This document shows positions 9,401 through 19,250 of a stretch of 64,000 bases of DNA, piece after piece (position 1 is the first letter of the stretch; every line of letters starts with the position of its first letter). Under the pieces are notes generated by a model. The model saw only the letters and a program-made list of their open reading frames with translations. It was not told the origin of the DNA and did no database searches. The stretch spans positions 352,001 to 416,000 of the forward strand of contig JAXHMG010000003.1 in the NCBI GenBank assembly GCA_034521595.1, written 5' to 3'. The DNA comes from Gemmatimonadota bacterium (GTDB lineage: Bacteria > Gemmatimonadota > Gemmatimonadetes > Longimicrobiales > Gaopeijiaceae). The translations under genes and the position numbers were made by a program.

Positions 9401-10678
9401 ATGTCACGCTTCCTCGCCCCCACCATCGCCCTCGGCGTCGCGCTTGCGCTCGCGGGTCCCGTCGATGTACGAGCCCAGGCCACCGCGTACACGGGAGCGA
9501 CCGTCTGGGACGGCACCGGTGCACCGTCGCGGCTCGATGTCACCATGTTGGTCGAGGGAGGGCGCATCGCGGAGATCGGGCCGGACGTCTCGGTGCCGGC
9601 CACGGCTCGGACCGTGTCGCTCGACGGCAAGTTCGTCATCCCGGGGCTGGTGAACGCCCACGGGCACGTGACCGGAGGATGGGCCACCGACCCGTCCGCG
9701 AGCGAGGAAGAGCGGATCCGTCAGGATCTGCGGCTCTACGCGCGGTACGGAGTCACGAGCGTGAATAGCCTCGGCGACGGACGGGCCGCGCTCGCCGTGG
9801 CGAGCGAAGCGCACGACGGCCGGACCCACGCCCGCCTCCTCGCCGCCGGTCCGGTGGTGACCGCGCACGATCGGCTGGCGGCTCGGGAAGCGGCCCGCCG
9901 GAACGTCGAGGCGGGGGCCGCCTGGCTGAAGCTACGGGTGGACGACAACCTCGGCAGCTCGGAGCCCATGCCCTGGGACGCGGTCGCGGCCGTGCTCGAA
10001 GTCGGTGTGGAGCACGGCGTTCCGGTCGCCACGCATCTCTTCTACCTCGACGACGCCCGGCGGCTGCTCGAGCTGGGCACGGACCTCGTGGCGCACTCGG
10101 TGCGCGACAGGGAAGTGGACGCGGACTTCGTGGCCCAGCTCACCGAGTCGGGGGTGTGCTACGTGCCGACCTTGACCCGCGAAGTGAGCACCTTCGTCTA
10201 CGGCAGTCGACCGGACTTCTTCGACGATCCGTTCTTCCGGCGGTTCGCGTTGGCGCGCGAGGTGCGGCGGCTCGAGCAGCCGGAGGTGCAGCGCCGGTTC
10301 CGCGAGAGCGCGAGCGCGGAGGGGTATCGGCGGGCGCTTCCCCGGGCCGAAGCGAACCTCGTCACGCTCCACGAAGCCGGGGCGCGCATCGCGTTCGGCA
10401 CCGATTCGGGGCCTCCGGCGCGCTTTCCCGGCTACTTCGAGCACATGGAGCTCTGGATGATGGTCGAGGCCGGCCTCACACCCGCCGAGGCCCTGCGGAG
10501 CGCGACGGCCGTCGCCGCCGACTGCAGCGGCTTCACCGAGGTGGGCACGCTGGAAGTAGGACGTCGGGCCGACTTTCTCGTGCTCGGTGAGGATCCCACG
10601 GTGGACATCGAGGCGACCCGCAGCCTCGAGCGGGTGTTCGTGGGCGGCCGGGAAGTGTCCATGGCGCCGGGTGGCTGA
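9401..10678 (+). CDS. Secreted amidohydrolase family protein
   Basis: Signal peptide, PGLVNAHGH metal motif, AFGTDSG, GTLEVGRRADFLVL. Confidence 0.9.
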   Translation: MSRFLAPTIALGVALALAGPVDVRAQATAYTGATVWDGTGAPSRLDVTMLVEGGRIAEIGPDVSVPATARTVSLDGKFVIPGLVNAHGHVTGGWATDPSASEEERIRQDLRLYARYGVTSVNSLGDGRAALAVASEAHDGRTHARLLAAGPVVTAHDRLAAREAARRNVEAGAAWLKLRVDDNLGSSEPMPWDAVAAVLEVGVEHGVPVATHLFYLDDARRLLELGTDLVAHSVRDREVDADFVAQLTESGVCYVPTLTREVSTFVYGSRPDFFDDPFFRRFALAREVRRLEQPEVQRRFRESASAEGYRRALPRAEANLVTLHEAGARIAFGTDSGPPARFPGYFEHMELWMMVEAGLTPAEALRSATAVAADCSGFTEVGTLEVGRRADFLVLGEDPTVDIEATRSLERVFVGGREVSMAPGG

Positions 10679-10770
10679 GGCGCTCCCTCTCCACGGGGCG
10701 CGTTCGTTTCCGGGAACTCTTTTGACCGCCCTCGCGTCCTGTCCGTGAGCGGATGGGCACCTTCCTCACG

Positions 10771-11715
10771 TCAGCTCAGCAAACCCAGCGCCAACGCCAG
10801 CAGCGTGATTCCGCTCAGCACCCAGACCGTGCGATCCGAGCGGTGGAGAAGCACGTGGGTGGTGAGCGTGGCCCCGATGGGGGAGGCGAACGCGTAGATG
10901 ATCACGAAGGTCATGCCCATCTCGCCCGCCAGGGCGCGCATCGACCCCACGAGGGTGCCTCCGGACTCGGCGATGGCCTGGGCGAGGTCGATCAGGGTGA
11001 ACAGGAGCACGAACACGGCGCCGAGCTGCAGATACAGCCGCGCTTCGGCCCGGGCCCGCTTTCGGAAGAACGCCGACATCGTGCCCACGACCGGCCGAAG
11101 GAGGAGTGCCAGCGGTCCGCCGGGATCGTTGACGTGGTAGAAGAGCCGCAACCGGTGGCTCCAGCGGTCGAGGGCCCGGAACACGGGGCGCCTCGCGAGG
11201 GCTTCCCAACGCGCGCCCATATTGGTGACGACCACGAGCACGAGGATCGCCACCACGCCCTCGAAGTTGCCCGTCGAGGTGCTCACGGCCCCCAGAGCCG
11301 AGCCGGCGATCAGGAGGACGAACGCGTCGCCGGCTAGCCGGACGCGCCCGCCCCGGCCGGGAGCCCATGCGGGCGGCCCCGCGAGCACGCTTCGGTCGAG
11401 CGAGGGCATGAAGGCGAGGGCGACCGGTGGAAGCCCGAGCCGCTCACGCCGTTCCTGCTCCTCGTTGAACGCCTCGATCATTCCGTTCAGCCGGAGGCCG
11501 TCGATGAGCCACCAGACGAAGAGCCCCCCGCTCGTGAAGAGCATGAGGACGCCGGTGCCCGTGCGCTCGAGGTAGAAGCGATGGCCCCCGAGCCAGCCGG
11601 TCGTCACCCACAGGAGCCAGGTCACGAGCGGGTGCTTTCGAGGATACCGGTAGAGGTCCTCGAGCACCGCGCGTGAGACGTCCGGGTCTCGCCGTCGCAT
11701 GGAGCTGGGGGACAT
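10771..11715 (-). CDS. TM2/NINE domain membrane protein
   Basis: RKHPLVTWLLW..GWLGGHRFYL...WWLID TM2 signature, followed by further TM helices. Confidence 0.8.
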   Translation of the reverse strand: MSPSSMRRRDPDVSRAVLEDLYRYPRKHPLVTWLLWVTTGWLGGHRFYLERTGTGVLMLFTSGGLFVWWLIDGLRLNGMIEAFNEEQERRERLGLPPVALAFMPSLDRSVLAGPPAWAPGRGGRVRLAGDAFVLLIAGSALGAVSTSTGNFEGVVAILVLVVVTNMGARWEALARRPVFRALDRWSHRLRLFYHVNDPGGPLALLLRPVVGTMSAFFRKRARAEARLYLQLGAVFVLLFTLIDLAQAIAESGGTLVGSMRALAGEMGMTFVIIYAFASPIGATLTTHVLLHRSDRTVWVLSGITLLALALGLLS

Positions 11716-11729
11716 CGCTTGACGTGCGC

Positions 11730-14700
11730 TCAGCTCACCAGTCGTCCCGTGCTGATCGTCGGAAGGCCCTCTTCCTGGAGCAGCTGGTTGAGGCGCGCGA
11801 TGTCCTCCTGAATGATCCGCTGCAACTCGTCGAGCTGGTCTTGAAGCTCGTCCGAGAGCACCTCGTACACGTCATACGACTGATCCGTCGGACGGTACTC
11901 GCTCCCTTCCACCAGGTTGAGCAAGGCCGCCAGCTTGTTGTTGAGCCGGATGGGATAGTTGAGTGGGTCCTGAGCGGATTCCGAGCGTGTCTGGTAGATC
12001 TCCTCTTCGACGGCGGTCAGGCGCTCGCGCACCAACTCGGCCAGCTCTTCGGTCGAGGGGCGCTCGGTGCGGTCCCCGCGATCGTCGACCTCGTCCCTGA
12101 GGTCGCGGATCCGGATGACCGCCTCGTTGGCTTCCGAGACACGGTCTCGGAGCTGGCTGGCGAACCGGAAGCGCTCTTCGAGATCCGCCAGCGTCACGCC
12201 TTCGTCTTCCGCGCGCGGGTTCATGTGGATCTCGAAATCACGGGTCTGGCTCTCCCCGTCCACGGTCAGCCGGACTTCGTAGGGCCCGGGCAGGAGCGCC
12301 GGCCCGATGGGTCCCGCGGCCCAGAAGATCCGGCCCTCGAAGTCCGTCCAGGCCTGATCGCGCATGTTCCACGCGAAGGTGTGCGCGCCCGCCTCGCGGG
12401 GCGGGCCCTCTTCAGCCTCCTCGGGCGGCTCGCCGTCCTCCCCGGCTTCTTCCTGGCCGGGGCCGGATCCGTAGGACGTCACGACGTTCCCTTCCTCGTC
12501 CAGAAACTCCAGCGCCACGCTGTCGGCGTCCTCGGACAGGTGGTAGTAGACCCGGACGCCGCTGTCGAAACCGCGGATGGGATCCCGGGGGTCGTAGAGC
12601 CAAAAGTCGGACTCGGCGACCCGCGGGGTGAGCTGTCGCAGCACGTCGATGTCCCGCATCACCCAGAACGAGCGGCCGTGGGTCCCGATGACCAGGTCGT
12701 GCTCCTCCACCACCAGGTCGCTCACCTGCACCACGGGGAGGTTCAGGTCCAGCGGCTGCCAGTGCTCGCCGTCGTTCCAAGAGATGTAGACGGTCCGCTC
12801 CGACGCCGCGTAGAGCAGGCCCGGCACCTCGGGGTCTTCGCGTACCGCCCGGATGAAGTCGTCCTCCGGGATCCCGTCCACGATCTTGGTCCAGGTCTGG
12901 CCGTAGTCCTCGGTCTTCCAGACGTAGGGCGCGCGGTCGTTCTCCACGAGGTAGCGGATGCCCGCGACGTAGGCTTTGCCCGGAGTGGTGGGTGAGGACT
13001 CGATCGTGTTGATCCGGATGAGATAGGGTGCGTCCGGAGGGGTCACGTTCTCCCAGGCGGGATCGTCCTCTCGTCCGTTCCGGGTCACCCAGACCCAGCC
13101 GTCGTCCGAGCCGGCCCAGATCACATCCGGATCGTGGTAGGACGGGGCGATCGCAAAGACGGTCGCGAACGTCTCGACCCCGGTCTGATCCTTCGTGATG
13201 GGCCCACCCGCGGCGACCATCGTCGAGTCGATCGAGCGTGACAGTTCCGGGCTGATCTCCTCCCAGCTCTGTCCCTCGGTAGTGGTGCGCCAGACCTTGT
13301 GCGTGCCCGTGTAAAGAATGCCGGGATCGTGCCGGTCGAAGACGATCGGGAAAGTCCACTGGACGCGCTCCCGGATGGACTCGGAGGCGTGCCCCATGGG
13401 GTTCTCCGGCCAGACGTTCACGGCTCGCGTGAGTCCCGTTTCGTGGTCGTACCGGGACAGCGATCCCCCGTAACACCCAGCGTAGAAGAGGTCGGTGTCC
13501 TCGGGGTGCGGCGCGATGTAGCCGCTCTCGCACCCGCCCACGGCGTAGTAGTGGTCACCCGGCGCCGCGGACAAATGGCCCCAGTTGCCGGACGGCATGC
13601 ACGCCGTGGAGTTGTCCTGCTGCGCGCCGCAGATGTGGTAGGGCTCGTGCGCGGTCGTGATGACCCGGTAGAACTGCGCGGTCGGATAAGTCTGGTCGGT
13701 CCAGGTATCGCCCCCGTTGAACGAAACGTTTCCGCCGCCGTCGTTCGCGTTGATCATACGGTCCGGGTCGCTGGGCGCGATCCAGAGGTCGTGGTTGTCC
13801 CCGTGCGGCACGCTGATCCGCGTGTCGAAGTTCTCGCCGCCGTCGTCGGAGCGATACATCCCGACGTTCAACGCGTAGACGCGGTCCTCGTCCTGCGGGT
13901 CGGCGTAGATGCGGCTGTAGTAGAACGCCCGCTGGCGCAGGTTCGCGTCGTCGTTGACGTGCTCCCACGTCTCACCCCCGTCGTCCGAGCGGTGGACGCC
14001 GCCCATCGACTCGTGCTCGACGATGGCCCAGACCCTTTGGGAGTTCGCGGGTGAGACCGCTACGCCGATCTTTCCCACCGGAGTGCGTGGCTCGAGCCCG
14101 AGGGCGTCGGTCAGCTCCGTCCAGGTCTCGCCGCCGTCGGTCGACTTCCAGAGCCCGGAATCCTCACCGCCTGAGGACAGCGACCAGCTCTTCCGCCACG
14201 CTTCCCAGATCGAGGCGTACAGGACGTCCGGGTCGTTGGCGTCAACGACCAGGTCGACGGCGCCGGCCGCATCGCTCTCGTAGAGGGTGCGCTCCCACGT
14301 TTCGCCGCCGTCGGTCGTCTTGTAGACGCCTCGTTCCGGATTTGGCGCGGAGTGGACGCCGAGTGCCGCGACCCATGCCACGTCACAGTCCTCGGGGTGG
14401 ATGCGGATCCGCCCGATGTTCTGAGTGGCCTCCAGGCCCACATGCGTCCACGTCTCGCCGGCGTCGTCCGAGCGGTACACGCCGTCGCCCTGCTGCACGT
14501 TGCCGCGGAGCTGGACCTCGCCCCCGCCGATGTAGACGACGTCGGGGTTCGCCTCGCATACCTGGACCGCGCCGATCGAGGCCGACGTGATCTGGCCGTC
14601 GGTCACCGGGCCCCACGTCTGCCCGCCGTCGGCGGTCTTCCAGAGTCCCCCGCCGGTCGCACCGAAGTAGTACTCGAGGGGGCGGCTGTCGCTCCCGGCT

Positions 14701-14861
14701 ACCGCGATGGATCGCCCCCCCCGCGCCGGCCCGAGGTTGGTCCACTCCAAGGCGCCGTAGAGGCTCTCTTCGTACTGCTGGGCGTGTGTCGCTTCGGGTA
14801 AGGCGACGACGCTCACGGCCGCCGCGACCGTGGTGCGGAGAAAGACACGGACGATATTCAT
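11730..14861 (-). CDS. Secreted Vps10/sortilin-like BNR beta-propeller protein (putative glycosyl hydrolase)
   Basis: Signal peptide, GPARGGR start motif, many S/T-x-D-G-G-x-T-W Asp-box repeats, HGDNHDLWI. Confidence 0.9.
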   Translation of the reverse strand: MNIVRVFLRTTVAAAVSVVALPEATHAQQYEESLYGALEWTNLGPARGGRSIAVAGSDSRPLEYYFGATGGGLWKTADGGQTWGPVTDGQITSASIGAVQVCEANPDVVYIGGGEVQLRGNVQQGDGVYRSDDAGETWTHVGLEATQNIGRIRIHPEDCDVAWVAALGVHSAPNPERGVYKTTDGGETWERTLYESDAAGAVDLVVDANDPDVLYASIWEAWRKSWSLSSGGEDSGLWKSTDGGETWTELTDALGLEPRTPVGKIGVAVSPANSQRVWAIVEHESMGGVHRSDDGGETWEHVNDDANLRQRAFYYSRIYADPQDEDRVYALNVGMYRSDDGGENFDTRISVPHGDNHDLWIAPSDPDRMINANDGGGNVSFNGGDTWTDQTYPTAQFYRVITTAHEPYHICGAQQDNSTACMPSGNWGHLSAAPGDHYYAVGGCESGYIAPHPEDTDLFYAGCYGGSLSRYDHETGLTRAVNVWPENPMGHASESIRERVQWTFPIVFDRHDPGILYTGTHKVWRTTTEGQSWEEISPELSRSIDSTMVAAGGPITKDQTGVETFATVFAIAPSYHDPDVIWAGSDDGWVWVTRNGREDDPAWENVTPPDAPYLIRINTIESSPTTPGKAYVAGIRYLVENDRAPYVWKTEDYGQTWTKIVDGIPEDDFIRAVREDPEVPGLLYAASERTVYISWNDGEHWQPLDLNLPVVQVSDLVVEEHDLVIGTHGRSFWVMRDIDVLRQLTPRVAESDFWLYDPRDPIRGFDSGVRVYYHLSEDADSVALEFLDEEGNVVTSYGSGPGQEEAGEDGEPPEEAEEGPPREAGAHTFAWNMRDQAWTDFEGRIFWAAGPIGPALLPGPYEVRLTVDGESQTRDFEIHMNPRAEDEGVTLADLEERFRFASQLRDRVSEANEAVIRIRDLRDEVDDRGDRTERPSTEELAELVRERLTAVEEEIYQTRSESAQDPLNYPIRLNNKLAALLNLVEGSEYRPTDQSYDVYEVLSDELQDQLDELQRIIQEDIARLNQLLQEEGLPTISTGRLVS

Positions 14862-15064
14862 GGGTGCTGCCTCGTCGGATGCGGGACCGTCTGCTTCACC
14901 TGGAGCGTCGGAGGCTCCGACCCTCCCCTCAGGCTACGGTTCACCCGGGAAGGAAGCAACGGAGTGGCGCTCCCCGGCCGGGGCGGTGCTTGTGGCCACC
15001 TTCCGAGCGCCTCACTTTGACCGGACATGGCCACCCCCACGATCCACCGAGCTGGAGTCTTCCC

Positions 15065-18000
15065 GTGACGACCTTGCCCAGGTACTCCGTCTTCCTTTCA
15101 CCCTCCCGCGTCGTCCCGGCGATGTTCGGGCTCGTCGCGATGGCTCTAGCCGGGGTCGGAGCGACTGCACAGCAGGGCCCGGCCGAGCCCATGGCCCCCG
15201 CGGCCTTCGACGAAGCGCGCTTCGCAGACCTGAGCTACCGCTCCATCGGGCCCAGCCGGGGCGGCCGCGTGACGGCCGTGGCCGGGCATCCCGCGCATCC
15301 GTCGACGTTTTACATGGGCAGTACCGGCGGAGGGGTCTGGAAGACCTCGAATCGGGGGCATAGCTGGGAGAACATCTCCGACGAGTATTTCCGCGACAGC
15401 CCGGCGATCGGAGCCATCAGGGTCGCCCCGTCCAACACCGATATCGTCTACGTGGGCACCGGATCGGACGGCATCCGCTCGAACATCATCATCGGAAGCG
15501 GCATGTACCGCTCCGACGATGCCGGCGAGAGCTGGCGGCACATCGGGCTGGCCGAAGCCGGCCAGATCGGGCGCATGGTGGTCCATCCGGAAAACCCCGA
15601 CGTCGTCTACGTGGGCGCGGTGGGTAACCCGTTCGGTCCGAACGAGGAGCGCGGGCTATACAAGACCACCGACGGCGGAGAGACATGGGAGCCGAAGCTG
15701 CAGATCGCGGACAGCGTCGGGGTCTACAGCGTCGTCATGGAACCGGGCGACCCGGACGTCATCTACGCCACCACGTGGCGTGCGCAGCGTGACCCGTGGT
15801 CGATCATCAGCGGGATGGAAGCGTCCGGCGGTGGTGGCATCTATAAGTCCACCGATGCCGGGGAGAGCTGGGAGAAGCTCACCGAGGGACTTCCCTCCGG
15901 CCTCATCGGCAAGATCGACCTCACCATCTCGGACGCGGCGCCGCGGCGCATCTACGCGCTCGTGGAGGCGGTGGACGAAGAGCGGGGGGTCTACCGCTCC
16001 GACGATGCCGGTCGCACGTGGCGGCAGACGAGCAACGAGGCCCGGTTGATATCGCGGCCGTTCTACTTCACCAACATTCACGCCGACCCGCAGAATCCGG
16101 ACCAGCTCTACGTCGGCAACGTCCGTTTCTACCGGTCCCAGGACGGAGGCGAGACCTGGGAGCGGCGGAGCACGCCGCACGCCGACAACCACGATCTCTG
16201 GATCAATCCCGAGAACCCGCGGATCCAGGTGCAGGGCAACGACGGCGGCGCCAACGTGACGTTGGATGGCGGAGAGACCTGGTCGTCGATCCACAACCAG
16301 CCGACGGCCGAGCTCTATCAGGTCGATGTGGACACGCGCTTCCCCTACTGGGTCTACGCCGGTCAGCAGGACAACTCGACGATCGCGGTGCCGAGCCTGC
16401 CGCCGTCGGAAGAGGCGACCTCCGGCCACGAAGCGTGGTGGCGGGCGATGGGCGGCTGCGAGACCGGGCCGGCCGTGCCGCGGCCGGACGTGGAGCCCCT
16501 CATCGTCTACTCCAACTGCAAGGGACGCTTCGGCCGCTACAGCATGGTGACCGGCCAGGAGCAGCAGTACTACGTGGGCGTGGTGGACATGTACGGGGTG
16601 AACCCGGAGGAGCTTCCGTACCGGTTCCAGCGCACGGTGCCGATCGAGGTATCGCCGCACGACCCGAACCTCGTCTTCCACGGCTCGCAGTACGTGCACC
16701 GCACGACCAACGCGGGCCAGACCTGGGTGCGCATCAGCCCCGACCTCACCGCCTTCCGACCCGAGCGGCAGGTCGTCTCCGGCGCCCCGATCAACCGGGA
16801 CATCACGGGTGAGGAGCACTACAGCACCCTGTACGCGATCGCCGCGTCTCCCCATTCGCGGGACGAGATCTGGGCGGGAGCGAATGACGGCCCGGTGCAC
16901 GTGACGCTGGACGGGGGCGATACCTGGACGGAGGTCACGCCGCCGGACATGCCTCCGGAGGGCCGGATCAACGATATCGCCGTCTCACCGCACACGCCCG
17001 GCAAGGTGTACGTGGCGGGGTATCGTTACCTGCTGGACGACTGGCGGCCCTATCTGTATCGCACCGAGGACTACGGCGAGACCTGGACGCACCTGACGCC
17101 GGGAGACAACGGGATCCCGGACGACAACCCGGTGCGGGTGGTGCGGGAGGACCCCGACAGGGAAGGGCTGCTGTATACCGGGACCGAGCGCGGCGTGTAC
17201 GTGTCGTTCGACGACGGCGCGAGCTGGCACTCCTTCCAGCTCGACCTGCCGGTGACACCGGTGACCGGGATCCAGGTGTTCCGGAAGGACCTGGTCCTCT
17301 CCACGATGGGCCGGGGATTCTACATCCTCGACAACCTGACGCCGCTCCATCAACTCGACACCGAGATCGAGCAGGCGGCGGCGCACCTCTTCGAGCCCCG
17401 CGCCGCGCACCGCATGCGGTACGGGTCCGGAGGCAACGCTCCGGGCGCACCGGAGTTCCCCAACCCGGGCGCTCGCATCGACTACTGGCTCGGCGACGGT
17501 TCGGCGGACGTGTCCCTGGAGATCCTGGACGCGGACGGGAACACCGTGCGGACGTTCCGGAGTCAGGACGGCGAGGAGGACGGGCCTTCGGCCGACCCCG
17601 GATTGAATCGGTTCCTGTGGGACCTTCGCTACCCCGGACCGCAAGGAGGCGGACGTGGCCCCATGGCGGTGCCGGGACGGTACACCGTGCGGCTCGACGC
17701 GGCCGGTGAGACCCACGAGGTCCCCCTCGAAGTGCTCATCGACCCCCGGGTCCGCGCCGACGGCACGACGTTGGTCGATCTGGAGCTCCAGTTCGAGCAC
17801 AACATGCGGGTCCGTGATCTGATCTCGGACGGGCGGCGGGCGCTCGAGCGGATCGAGGTCTTGGAGGAGCGCGCGAGCACCGAAGAGGAGCGCGCGGAGA
17901 TCCGAGAGGTGAAGCGTGTGCTGCTCCCGCCCGAGGACATCACGGTCTACCCGCCGCGGAGACTCATCGATCAGATCGACTACCTCTACGGAGCCACGAT

Positions 18001-18121
18001 GGGCGCGGATCAGCACCCCGGGAACGAAGCGCTGGACCGCTACGAGGAGCTGCGGGCGGAGATGGACGAGGTGCTCGAGGAGCTCGGGCTGTCGCGGCTG
18101 GTGAGCGAGGAAGAGCGGTAG
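15065..18121 (+). CDS. Secreted Vps10/sortilin-like BNR beta-propeller protein (paralog)
   Basis: IGPSRGGRVT, Asp-box repeats, HADNHDLWI. Start inferred at GTG 15065 (GGAG upstream); ATG 15122 is an alternative. Confidence 0.88.
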   Translation: MTTLPRYSVFLSPSRVVPAMFGLVAMALAGVGATAQQGPAEPMAPAAFDEARFADLSYRSIGPSRGGRVTAVAGHPAHPSTFYMGSTGGGVWKTSNRGHSWENISDEYFRDSPAIGAIRVAPSNTDIVYVGTGSDGIRSNIIIGSGMYRSDDAGESWRHIGLAEAGQIGRMVVHPENPDVVYVGAVGNPFGPNEERGLYKTTDGGETWEPKLQIADSVGVYSVVMEPGDPDVIYATTWRAQRDPWSIISGMEASGGGGIYKSTDAGESWEKLTEGLPSGLIGKIDLTISDAAPRRIYALVEAVDEERGVYRSDDAGRTWRQTSNEARLISRPFYFTNIHADPQNPDQLYVGNVRFYRSQDGGETWERRSTPHADNHDLWINPENPRIQVQGNDGGANVTLDGGETWSSIHNQPTAELYQVDVDTRFPYWVYAGQQDNSTIAVPSLPPSEEATSGHEAWWRAMGGCETGPAVPRPDVEPLIVYSNCKGRFGRYSMVTGQEQQYYVGVVDMYGVNPEELPYRFQRTVPIEVSPHDPNLVFHGSQYVHRTTNAGQTWVRISPDLTAFRPERQVVSGAPINRDITGEEHYSTLYAIAASPHSRDEIWAGANDGPVHVTLDGGDTWTEVTPPDMPPEGRINDIAVSPHTPGKVYVAGYRYLLDDWRPYLYRTEDYGETWTHLTPGDNGIPDDNPVRVVREDPDREGLLYTGTERGVYVSFDDGASWHSFQLDLPVTPVTGIQVFRKDLVLSTMGRGFYILDNLTPLHQLDTEIEQAAAHLFEPRAAHRMRYGSGGNAPGAPEFPNPGARIDYWLGDGSADVSLEILDADGNTVRTFRSQDGEEDGPSADPGLNRFLWDLRYPGPQGGGRGPMAVPGRYTVRLDAAGETHEVPLEVLIDPRVRADGTTLVDLELQFEHNMRVRDLISDGRRALERIEVLEERASTEEERAEIREVKRVLLPPEDITVYPPRRLIDQIDYLYGATMGADQHPGNEALDRYEELRAEMDEVLEELGLSRLVSEEER

Positions 18122-18139
18122 CCGACCGGGGAGAAGACG

Positions 18140-18487
18140 ATGCTCGCGCCAGTGCGTTTCGCTTTTTTCCTGTCTCTCGTGTTGCTGAGTTGCACCATCA
18201 GCACGGACCCTTTCGCACGACTGACGGTGTCGGGAACGGCCACGCAGGGGGGTGAGCCCGCTCCGGTGAGAATCCGGCTCACGGCCGGCAACTTCAGCAC
18301 GGCCCGGAATTTCTTCGACGGCAGTTACAGCATCACCGTCGGGGGCGGGGGCGTGCCTGCATCGAACTGCTCGTCGGCCGCCGTGCGTGCCCGGCTGTTG
18401 GACAGCGACGGGGAGACCGTTCTGGACGAAGAGGTTCGCACCCTGGGCGAATGCGGGGAGCACGTGGTGGACTTCGCGTTCCGATAA
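18140..18487 (+). CDS. Small lipoprotein, unknown function
   Basis: Lipobox LVLLSC, GGAGA RBS. Confidence 0.7.
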   Translation: MLAPVRFAFFLSLVLLSCTISTDPFARLTVSGTATQGGEPAPVRIRLTAGNFSTARNFFDGSYSITVGGGGVPASNCSSAAVRARLLDSDGETVLDEEVRTLGECGEHVVDFAFR

Positions 18488-18515
18488 CCTCTCGCGGCCG
18501 ACCGGGTGACCACGC

Positions 18516-18953
18516 ATGGCTTCCGCCCTTCGCACGTTCCTCGCGCTCGTAGCGGGTTTCGTTACCGCGACGCTCGGCGTCCTGGCTCTGTCGTCCGTCG
18601 TGGCGCTGATCTTTTTCGACGGTGAGGCAGGCACCGATCCGGGTGCTGCCTACATCGCCTTCAACCTCGCGTACAGCTTCGGATTCGCGGTGGCCGGAGG
18701 CTGGGTGGCCGCGCGTCTCGCGGAGGAACGGCCGCTGCTGCACGGATTCCTCCTCGCCGGCGTCGTCATCTCGCTTTCGATTCCTTCCGCCGTCGAGGGG
18801 CCGCGTCAGCCGGGTGAACCTCTATGGTATCCGTGGGTGCTCATGGTGATCGTCGGAGTAGGTGCTCCGGTGGGTGCATGGATTCGAGCCAGGCGTGAAG
18901 CGCGCGTGCCCGGGCGGGACGCCGGAGTGGACGGGGTCGAGCATGGTGGCTGA
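18516..18953 (+). CDS. 4-TM membrane protein
   Basis: Four hydrophobic segments; follows the previous gene on the same strand. Confidence 0.75.
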   Translation: MASALRTFLALVAGFVTATLGVLALSSVVALIFFDGEAGTDPGAAYIAFNLAYSFGFAVAGGWVAARLAEERPLLHGFLLAGVVISLSIPSAVEGPRQPGEPLWYPWVLMVIVGVGAPVGAWIRARREARVPGRDAGVDGVEHGG

Positions 18954-18956
18954 GCG

Positions 18957-19156
18957 ATGAACGGGGTTCGCGTCGCCATCAATCTCGTGCTCATGCTGGG
19001 GCGATCACGCAGGCTTGGATCCGGGGCACCGTGCCGTTGCCACCGGCCGACGAGCTCCACCCGCATCCCGAATACCGCGGTCGTCTCCTGGTCCGGTACT
19101 GGTACCTGTTTCTGCCAGCGATGGTGTCGTTCCTGGGAGCGCTCTGGCTGACTTGA
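18957..19156 (+). CDS. Small 2-TM protein, frameshifted at G-run 18998-19001
   Basis: Adding one G gives MNGVRVAINLVLMLGAITQAWIRGTVPLPPADELHPHPEYRGRLLVRYWYLFLPAMVSFLGALWLT*. Starts 3 nt after the previous stop. Confidence 0.5.
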
Positions 19157-19250
19157 GCTCCTCCGGAGCGCCCACGACGCGGCGAGTCTCCTCGGACGGG
19201 AACAGGTCGGGTATCTTTCTGCGGCCCAAGACTCACAGGAGGAGGACGCG

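Noticed and set aside
18957-19250. Graspetide (RiPP) precursor upstream of the ATP-grasp gene
   Set aside because: No leader or repeated Thr/Ser/Lys-Asp/Glu core motifs. The region is better explained as a frameshifted small membrane protein.
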